From the NCBI GenBank assembly GCA_051294905.1, contig CM119372.1:35094001-35158000 (forward strand): a DNA stretch of 64,000 nucleotides, written 5' to 3'. The DNA is from Botryllus schlosseri (Eukaryota). A program made the position numbers and the translations under genes. Below, piece by piece: positions 23,675-33,700 of this stretch. Position 1 is the first letter of the stretch; every line of letters begins with the position of its first letter. The notes under the pieces are model-generated. The model was not told the DNA's origin. It saw nothing but the letters and a program-made list of their open reading frames with translations, and ran no database searches.

Positions 23675-24851
23675 AGTAGTAGTAGAGAAATGGTGGATAT
23701 AGGCGCATATCGTCTTTTAACTTAAAGAAACCAACTTCTCTAATATAATAAAGAAACAAAGGATAACCGACTTACGCATTTTGCAGAATTGCAGTGGGTA
23801 GTTCCCCCCGTGACGGATTGCTGCAGAGATTTGATCAATAATTTCTGTGGCTGAAGGTGTGATGTCGCTACGGCTAGTGATTTTCGGTTCAAATGAGGGT
23901 GATATATGTGTATTTTTGGTATCATTTTCAAGGCTGCTTGCAAAATTACGTCACTCACTATCGGGCGATGAGTGGATTCCTAAATTAGAAGTGGTCCTGC
24001 CTGGCGATTTAAAACTCGGCTGACCTATCACGTCGATCAATGATTTCCGGTTCAATTGAATACGGGTGCCATCTGCGTATAATGAAAAGTCGTTCGTGTT
24101 GAATAAAGTTTTATTATTAAACGAGTTTTCTCAAGGTTATTGTAATCTTTGCTGTAATTTTCCGTGTATGGCGATCGAATCTTTCTGGATCTCTACGGTG
24201 TGTAACCCGACGACACGGAAAAGTTCGCCTGGCGTGACTCGGCGTGTAATGGCGGGTTTGATTGACTGATGATGACAACTTATGCTATGTTTCAAGCGTA
24301 TGGTCAAGGTCACACGAATCGATGTAAAGTCCCGCTTGGTTGAATTGTCGTTCTTCGATGGGGGTGGGGGACAGTTGGTTGTTTTTAAAGGCTACATTCA
24401 AAACTACTACCGTAACCCGCTGTCAGTCAGGCGCAGAGACGCGCGGACGTATAGATTTGGTATTATGAAACCATCCTGCTCCTGTTTATATTTTAAAACT
24501 CAACTGGCGTATGATTTCTCTTGGATCTCTCGATCGATGATATCCGGTTCAATCGAGTGTGACTGCAAGCTATCTGTGTGGTGCATGTGTTATCAAATCA
24601 AACTCGTTTGTGTCATTGAGTCCATGGTATATCACATTGATATGATTTTAAGCATACAGTTTTGAATAATCATATGGCGTTCGATTGCTGCTACTTGCTA
24701 GCCGCCATGTTCAAGCGGTTGTTGACGTCGTCCAAAGCTACTTGCTGCATCTCAGGACAGTAGATGGCGTATGTGCCAGCAGCGAGCCTCGTATACGGTA
24801 CAAACGAACGTCAATTAGCATGGAAAAGCAACGCATTGGAGGATCTTTACC

Positions 24852-25458
24852 GGATTATTTTTGGATTTACGTTTATCCGGACCCGGATTTGTGGATTTTA
24901 CATGCTACTCGCCAAATAATTTCGCTGGCAAATGATGTCCATTGTCCATGAATCAGCCGTGGTCGATCAAGCGTGATGCGATGATGTCAGTCGGAGTTCA
25001 AAATACTCGTTTGTATCAATTACATCAAAGTAGTCATTTTTCTTCTGACTCGTGACTCTTGCAACGATCTGGTTCCTGTATCGAGAACTACGATACTCGA
25101 TTCCATTGTACGCCGACGAATCGGGGCTCGTATACTATACATATACGCGTGAATTCGGATTGGAGTACAGCGTATTGGATGATTTTTACTGGATTACATT
25201 TGGATTTACGCTTATCCGGACCCAGATGTTTTAAATTTTACATGCTACTGGTGGATTAATTGCGCTAGCAAGTGATGGCCATAAATCAGCCGTGATCGAT
25301 CTAGCGTGATACGATGATGTCAGTCGGGGTTTAAAATACTTGTTTGGATTAATTATATCAACGTAGTCATTTTCTTCTGACTCGTGACTCTTCCGTCGAT
25401 GTGGTTCCTGTATTGAGAACTATACGATACTCGATTCCATTGTACGCTGACGTATCGG
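24852..25458. repeat. Diverged tandem duplication (~270-bp block, ~340-bp period) inside the arm; mirrored at 35630-36236
   Basis: tggatttacg-ttatccggaccc...cgatactcgattccattgtacgc-gacg-atcgg at 24852-25124 and 25191-25458. Confidence 0.85.
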
Positions 25459-26541
25459 AAAAGTTCGCCTCGTTTCGTAGGATACTGGTGGAATGGCTTA
25501 ATTTCGCTGAATATGAGTTTGGGAATATTTGGCGTTATATTCGAGTGATAAAAAAAAAACTTATCTCTAGGCAAATAGACGTACTTGCTGATTGATTATA
25601 GCCTGCGACCCAAATTCCCATTGTCTCTGTCCACAATCGCTTGTGAAGTGGTGCAATGAATCGGTGATCCGGCTCCTATTTTTCATATAATCCGTGTAAG
25701 CGACGCCTTCTAGAAGCTCAGAAGTGGGCAGTTTTACAAGTCGGTAGCTAAGGGACACAAATGACGAAAATCATCCTGGTGTAAATGACCGTATTAGTAG
25801 TCTACAAGCCCCATGAATATCACAAACAACGAATCAAACTCTACCCGCCATGCTATCAACTGCAGTGGGACGTATTTTCAATATATTGAGATATGTAAAT
25901 TTCATTCCTAATATTTTCAATCTTGCAAGCGAACCATCTTTTAAGGCGGCAATAATACAAGATTTGTCGTTATCGGCTAACGCTCTCAAGGGCGATTTGG
26001 TGTATGGAAATGTGAATATTGATTACGACGGTGCGATCTTGGACGGTTCGCCGCGGTAAACAATCCTTCATATCAGGAAACAATCATGCGCAGTCTGAAA
26101 ATATAGTCGAACATTCGTACCATGCTACAACACCAAGCACAAAGCGTTATTGGAAACAATTGCGATGAAGCAGCGATCGACATGCATTGTACAAAGACAT
26201 AACAATAGTCACGCACACATACACACTAGAATACTAGTCAGATTATCGGACCACGACCTAACATATCGATCTGGCTTTCCGCCCCATGCCACCTCATTTT
26301 GTCGCTTTCCTTTCATATTCTTTGCTTTAGTTTTCATTCGGTGTGCATTCCTCTTTTCTACTTTACCTATGCCAAGGTGGGTGTCTGATTTCAATGACTA
26401 CTCCAAGCTCCAACTCGTTTCGACACCTTATGTCTTTCATTGTATCGCAGTTTTGTATAGTGTTTTGAAACGATGAAAATATTAATAAACTGACAATGAT
26501 ACACTAAATTCTCCCAAGAACAGCTACAATACAGTAACGGT

Positions 26542-27690
26542 CAGAGGTGGTCAGTAACGAAGTACTTCTACTTTTGGAAGTACTCAAGTAGTTCTGCTCT
26601 ACTTCTGGTACTTACTCAAGTAGATATGATTTTCTCTACTTCTATTTTGACTTCGTAATATTTTGTGATCTACTTACTTACTTTTCGCTATTTTCAGTTT
26701 ATCAAGTAGAAGTAGTTTTATCCCCCAATACGAAAGCTAGCCTGAGGAGTTTCGGGGCTGTTTTCACGGAGCAACAAGATTTAATATTTATAAAAGTCAA
26801 GTAAAGCCCAGAAATTTTGTTGCGCTTCGCGCATAGTAGTGATGAAGTGACAAATATGTTTTGATGAAAGTATCAGTGAATATAATTTAGACACCGGATT
26901 GTTTGGTTCCTATCACACCGCATTGTCGCCCATATCAAATATTTCATCACAGTAAATATGGCCCACCATAACGTTTAAAACTACCGATTCGCAATCTAGC
27001 AATTACCTATGTTAATCTGGAAAATCCAGCTTTTTTGAACGTTACACCTGATTTAGCAGATCACCTTTGAAGTTTTATGGACAAAAGACATGCAATATAT
27101 TTTCCGATTTTAAGAAGTGGTATTTGTATTTCAATGCAAGTATCATACTTTAAGTTCGAATTACTTTTAGTTCTTTTGTCTGCAGAAGATACATGTTGAA
27201 GCATATAAGCAAGTGTAGTAATGCCTCTATTTTCCGAAAATAAAGCTACACTAAATATAACTTTAACGATCCACAATATTTGTTATTACCGTATACTAAT
27301 CACGTAAAAGTGATGAAACCGTATCCGATACAACTTCCACGTGTTGCTGTTCGCCTAAACTTGGGGCCTTATAATATAAGGCAGGGCGCCATGCCATGAT
27401 ATTCTCTAAAAACGGGGTCTTCTAGTAAACAAAGTGTTAGTGTCGCCTTTTCATATCAATACTATAAATTGCATGCCCATGATGCGAAACAATGCTTATT
27501 CTGTCGGGAATTGATACCACCCATGATGCATTAATACGAATCAAGCTCTCTGCCCCTGCCGCATAGCTCGATTCGCAGATTTTGACAGTCCATGCGAACA
27601 GATTAAGACTGTTTTCAAAACTACTTACTTACTTGAGTAGATGTAAAATCAGTCAATTCTACTTCCACTTCAAGTAGTTTTAGGGGATCA
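26542..27690. mobile_element. Host-type non-autonomous DNA element inside the arm (mirrored at 33398-34546)
   Basis: Starts cagaggtggtcagtaacgaagtac; clustered tactt/aagtag subterminal repeats at 26560-26715 and 27620-27680; right terminus not found. Confidence 0.55.
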
Positions 27691-28706
27691 TTTTCGTTGA
27701 GCATTAAAATACGGTCTCTTGCAGAGCGTGACGGTCAAAAAAAAATGTGTGTCTCAAATATTCAGCGGAAGCCGCCGTGCATTATTATACGAGACTCTTA
27801 TATATGGCTTGGAATACAGCACCGATGCCTTGCAATTCAGAGGCTGGTGTATCGAGAGCGTCCATGGCAGTTGATCGAATAACCATATGAGAAGATGGTC
27901 AAATCTGATTGTTTACCTCTCTATTATAAATATTCTATTTCGGAGTGTTTCCTTGTATATTCCCGAAAGCGACGACATAGAGCCGATTATTACTGATCTC
28001 CCGATGTGAGAATGAAACTCGTGAAAAGAAGCTTGTGATCTATAATGGATTACAGAATATTCCGATGTCAACGCTGACGTTCGTGAAAATGGTGCGATTC
28101 GTTATAGTTCTGATCTTGTGTGACTACCCCAAACAGTAGATTCTCGACTATAAAACGTTTGTGTAGCTATAATTCGTATCCAAGTTGTTGAACTAAGACA
28201 TATGACGGTAGAATCGAATGCCATACATAAAAACTTATTCAAATACCCATACTAAGAGTGAGCATTACAACGTTGAGTCACTTGAAAAGTTGTCGTGGTA
28301 GCAGAATATTGTTTATGAATCGATATGGCCAGTAACAGTTGCATTGTTCGCACATTTAATGCTATTTATCGATATCGGATCTCCTTATGAAATATCAGTG
28401 TGATAACCAAGTGCGTGCCAACTGCTCTTTGTCGATGGAAATAAACACCTGTCTCCCATATTGCTGTCTGAAAACAATCTGTTTTCATGCAATACGCATA
28501 TTTGCAAGGCAAGTCCTGCTAATTATGTTGTCCGTTCGTTTTTGTATTGACATTAAGTGTCTTGTATCGCTCCTTTGGCGATGGTAATTTGCTGGAAAAA
28601 GTCAGCACCTAAGATTAAAAATTACCCAGAGAACGAGCTCTGTCTTCGTGACCTTTCAATATTCACCTATGGTTTTGAATTCAGAGCAAATGACATTATT
28701 GTTGCC

Positions 28707-30192
28707 AATATGTGAATTGCTATCGAAGATTCGTAGTAATGGTTTTGTGTGTTTTTAGGATGATATATTTCTCAAATAGTTTCCCAAAATGAGAGACTGT
28801 TATGGAAAAACACCTCGATCCGGATCCGCCAGTACAAGGATGTGTAAATATCGCGTCGGGCTCTCACCGCTCCGAATTATATAGACTCGCAACGTTCGCC
28901 AGGTTTTCGAGATTATCATACCCAAAACGTGCAGATTTAGCATCTGACGGATATTACTGGCTAGGGTTCGAAGACAAAATTAAATGTTTCGGATGCAGTA
29001 TTTCACTCGAAAAATGGGTTGAAAAGGATTCGAATGTAAGTTGTCATGAAGCGAGTTGTGTTCGACACGTATTCAATATTCCCGTTGAAAGATCGAACTT
29101 CAGGAGTCTATTACGGGAGTTTAAGCTCCAAATCGAGACACCGCAAGTCAATAACAGCGACATAAAACTTGCGAATATCATTGACCGAGAACACGCGTGT
29201 TTGATTAAGAACCTCGACTTGAAAAGGGAATCGAAGCGACGCGAAACCTTCAAGAAATGGCCCAGCTATCCAATACCCCACGCAGTAGGCGAGTTGGCGA
29301 AACAAGGGTTTTCCTATCTCGGTAACTTAGACAGAACGCAGTGCTTTAGCTGCTTCGGTGTTCTTCGCAACTGGAAACCCATAGACGACGTATCGGAAAT
29401 ACACCTTACACATTTTCCAAAATGTACTTTCGCGCGTGGTAGCTTTTCAGGAAATATCGCACTAGCTGAGCACGACCGCGGGAATTTGGACGACTTGCTT
29501 CACGAGAAAATACGACGGCTCACTATCAATGTGAAAGAACCAGATGAGCCCTCCGAGGATGAAAAACACTATCTTGCTGAACTATTCCCTTGCCTAAACC
29601 CCGCGAATCCTGTATAGTCGTCCTTGTCACGAAGAATAGCAACCTTCGACGAAGGTTGGGATCCCGCTAAAATCAATGCTAGCGTTGAGCAACTAGCAAA
29701 TGCGGGGTTTTATTACATCGATTCGGACAAGACAAAATCTTTTTACTGCAATGGTGGACTTCGGTGGGACCGGACAGACGAGGTTTGGACGGAACATGCT
29801 AAATGGTTTCCGCAATGCGAGTACGTACTTCGTATGAAAGGTGTCGAATTCGGGCGACGCATCGAAAACACATATCCAAATCTCAATCTTCCGATTATTA
29901 TAAACCCCATCACGAAGTTGGAGTTGACTAAACGCCAAAATGTTCTGCGGAATCGTCAATCAAACGATGGATCACCGTTGAATTGCATCGAAAATGGGAG
30001 AGGCCGTGACGTGTAAACGATGTGAAATAAACATAAATGAATATGACTATAGCATGTGGACATCTTTGCATTGTTTCTAGACTTGTGGGACTGACGTAGA
30101 ACGCAGTGGTGGCAGTCATGAAGTACTTCTATTTTTTCTCAGAATTGTGGTAGGTTTTAATATGTGAATTGCTATCGAAGATTCGTAGTAAT
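28707..30192 (+). repeat. 34-bp perfect direct repeats bracketing the IAP gene (28707-28740 and 30159-30192)
   Basis: aatatgtgaattgctatcgaagattcgtagtaat at both positions; mirrored in the right arm. Confidence 0.95.
28802..30110 (+). pseudogene. Intronless inhibitor-of-apoptosis (IAP/BIRC) gene: BIR1-BIR2 ORF (271 aa), in-frame stop, BIR3, frameshifted RING remnant
   Basis: BIR motifs RLATF..LASDGYY..KCFGC..H...C; RRETF..LAKQGF..QCFSC..H..HFPKC; RIATF..LANAGFYY..SFYC..EHAKWFPQC. ORFs 28802-29617 and 29624-30016 share a frame and are separated by one TAG. TCKRC (30009-30023) and ACGHLC (30052-30069) lie in shifted frames. Confidence 0.92.
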
Positions 30193-30687
30193 AGTTCTGT
30201 AGAATTTTGGTTCAACCTAGAAAAAGTTCTTATGCAGACGTATTATATACCGTTGGAAAGATAATTTTATCAGCTTTTCAATGATGGGTTTTGTCATTTT
30301 TTTACCTTGGGGAAAAAAGTTATGACCAAAAACGTGCCAGGGGATGAAGCACGATTTTGCCTAACATTATAATACAATTATAAGCTAAAATACGATGGAA
30401 ACGATACCTTAATAACAGAATACAACATTATAAATTGGAACATTACTATCAGCAAAGCAAACTAACAATCGGACAGCAAAAAAAAATGAAACATAACTTT
30501 ATTAAGAAGTATTTATCATACGTTTAAGGGGTAAAAGTTGACCGATACGGAGATAATAGGCGAGATTTCATCGAAACAAAGGGTTTTTCTTCTATAAGCA
30601 AGGTCATGGTTAAACCAAGTATAAAGATGTAAAAACGATATCTACAGGTTTTACCTAATTACACTACATACTCAAGTGCCTTGTGTT

Positions 30688-30766
30688 GGACTACTTCTAT
30701 TTCTATCAGTTTTACTACCAGTTAGAATGTCCCGTCTAATCCAACTGATAGAAATAGAAGTAGTCC
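30688..30766. repeat. Hairpin in the spacer: 24-bp perfect stem, 31-nt loop
   Basis: ggactacttctatttctatcagtt (30688-30711) / aactgatagaaatagaagtagtcc (30743-30766). Confidence 0.95.
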
Positions 30767-30774
30767 CCAAGTAG

Positions 30775-33700
30775 TCCCCAAGGTAAAAAAATGACAAAAC
30801 CCATCATTGAAAAGCTGATAAAATTATCTTTCCAACGGTATATAATACGTCTGCATAAGAACTTTTTCTAGGTTGAACCAAAATTCTACAGAACTATTAC
30901 TACGAATCTTCGATAGCAATTCACATATTAAAACCTACCACAATTCTGAGAAAAAATAGAAGTACTTCATGACTGCCACCACTGCGTTCTACGTCAGTCC
31001 CACAAGTCTAGAAACAATGCAAAGATGTCCACATGCTATAGTCATATTCATTTATGTTTATTTCACATCGTTTACACGTCACGGCCTCTCCCATTTTCGA
31101 TGCAATTCAACGGTGATCCATCGTTTGATTGACGATTCCGCAGAACATTTTGGCGTTTAGTCAACTCCAACTTCGTGATGGGGTTTATAATAATCGGAAG
31201 ATTGAGATTTGGATATGTGTTTTCGATGCGTCGCCCGAATTCGACACCTTTCATACGAAGTACGTACTCGCATTGCGGAAACCATTTAGCATGTTCCGTC
31301 CAAACCTCGTCTGTCCGGTCCCACCGAAGTCCACCATTGCAGTAAAAAGATTTTGTCTTGTCCGAATCGATGTAATAAAACCCCGCATTTGCTAGTTGCT
31401 CAACGCTAGCATTGATTTTAGCGGGATCCCAACCTTCGTCGAAGGTTGCTATTCTTCGTGACAAGGACGACTATACAGGATTCGCGGGGTTTAGGCAAGG
31501 GAATAGTTCAGCAAGATAGTGTTTTTCATCCTCGGAGGGCTCATCTGGTTCTTTCACATTGATAGTGAGCCGTCGTATTTTCTCGTGAAGCAAGTCGTCC
31601 AAATTCCCGCGGTCGTGCTCAGCTAGTGCGATATTTCCTGAAAAGCTACCACGCGCGAAAGTACATTTTGGAAAATGTGTAAGGTGTATTTCCGATACGT
31701 CGTCTATGGGTTTCCAGTTGCGAAGAACACCGAAGCAGCTAAAGCACTGCGTTCTGTCTAAGTTACCGAGATAGGAAAACCCTTGTTTCGCCAACTCGCC
31801 TACTGCGTGGGGTATTGGATAGCTGGGCCATTTCTTGAAGGTTTCGCGTCGCTTCGATTCCCTTTTCAAGTCGAGGTTCTTAATCAAACACGCGTGTTCT
31901 CGGTCAATGATATTCGCAAGTTTTATGTCGCTGTTATTGACTTGCGGTGTCTCGATTTGGAGCTTAAACTCCCGTAATAGACTCCTGAAGTTCGATCTTT
32001 CAACGGGAATATTGAATACGTGTCGAACACAACTCGCTTCATGACAACTTACATTCGAATCCTTTTCAACCCATTTTTCGAGTGAAATACTGCATCCGAA
32101 ACATTTAATTTTGTCTTCGAACCCTAGCCAGTAATATCCGTCAGATGCTAAATCTGCACGTTTTGGGTATGATAATCTCGAAAACCTGGCGAACGTTGCG
32201 AGTCTATATAATTCGGAGCGGTGAGAGCCCGACGCGATATTTACACATCCTTGTACTGGCGGATCCGGATCGAGGTGTTTTTCCATAACAGTCTCTCATT
32301 TTGGGAAACTATTTGAGAAATATATCATCCTAAAAACACACAAAACCATTACTACGAATCTTCGATAGCAATTCACATATTGGCAACAATAATGTCATTT
32401 GCTCTGAATTCAAAACCATAGGTGAATATTGAAAGGTCACGAAGACAGAGCTCGTTCTCTGGGTAATTTTTAATCTTAGGTGCTGACTTTTTCCAGCAAA
32501 TTACCATCGCCAAAGGAGCGATACAAGACACTTAATGTCAATACAAAAACGAACGGACAACATAATTAGCAGGACTTGCCTTGCAAATATGCGTATTGCA
32601 TGAAAACAGATTGTTTTCAGACAGCAATATGGGAGACAGGTGTTTATTTCCATCGACAAAGAGCAGTTGGCACGCACTTGGTTATCACACTGATATTTCA
32701 TAAGGAGATCCGATATCGATAAATAGCATTAAATGTGCGAACAATGCAACTGTTACTGGCCATATCGATTCATAAACAATATTCTGCTACCACGACAACT
32801 TTTCAAGTGACTCAACGTTGTAATGCTCACTCTTAGTATGGGTATTTGAATAAGTTTTTATGTATGGCATTCGATTCTACCGTCATATGTCTTAGTTCAA
32901 CAACTTGGATACGAATTATAGCTACACAAACGTTTTATAGTCGAGAATCTACTGTTTGGGGTAGTCACACAAGATCAGAACTATAACGAATCGCACCATT
33001 TTCACGAACGTCAGCGTTGACATCGGAATATTCTGTAATCCATTATAGATCACAAGCTTCTTTTCACGAGTTTCATTCTCACATCGGGAGATCAGTAATA
33101 ATCGGCTCTATGTCGTCGCTTTCGGGAATATACAAGGAAACACTCCGAAATAGAATATTTATAATAGAGAGGTAAACAATCAGATTTGACCATCTTCTCA
33201 TATGGTTATTCGATCAACTGCCATGGACGCTCTCGATACACCAGCCTCTGAATTGCAAGGCATCGGTGCTGTATTCCAAGCCATATATAAGATTCTCGTA
33301 TAATAATGCACGGCGGTTTCCGCTGAATATTTGAGACACACATTTTTTTTTGACCGTCACGCTCTGCAAGAGACCGTATTTTAATGCTCAACGAAAATGA
33401 TCCCCTAAAACTACTTGAAGTGGAAGTAGAATTGACTGATTTTACATCTACTCAAGTAAGTAAGTAGTTTTGAAAACAGTCTTAATCTGTTCGCATGGAC
33501 TGTCAAAATCTGCGAATCGAGCTATGCGGCAGGGGCAGAGAGCTTGATTCGTATTAATGCATCATGGGTGGTATCAATTCCCGACAGAATAAGCATTGTT
33601 TCGCATCATGGGCATGCAATTTATAGTATTGATATGAAAAGGCGACACTAACACTTTGTTTACTAGAAGACCCCGTTTTTAGAGAATATCATGGCATGGC

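Larger units (their letters stand above)
23678..30313 (+). repeat. Left inverted arm (6,636 bp)
   Basis: Every ORF in the track has a mirror ORF at 61088-x. Confidence 0.97.

Noticed and set aside
27887..28590. Signal-peptide-like short ORF (MRRWSNLIVYLSIINILF...) upstream of the IAP as a second cargo gene
   Set aside because: Only 40 codons before multiple stops and no recognisable domain; it may be a remnant, but I cannot support it.
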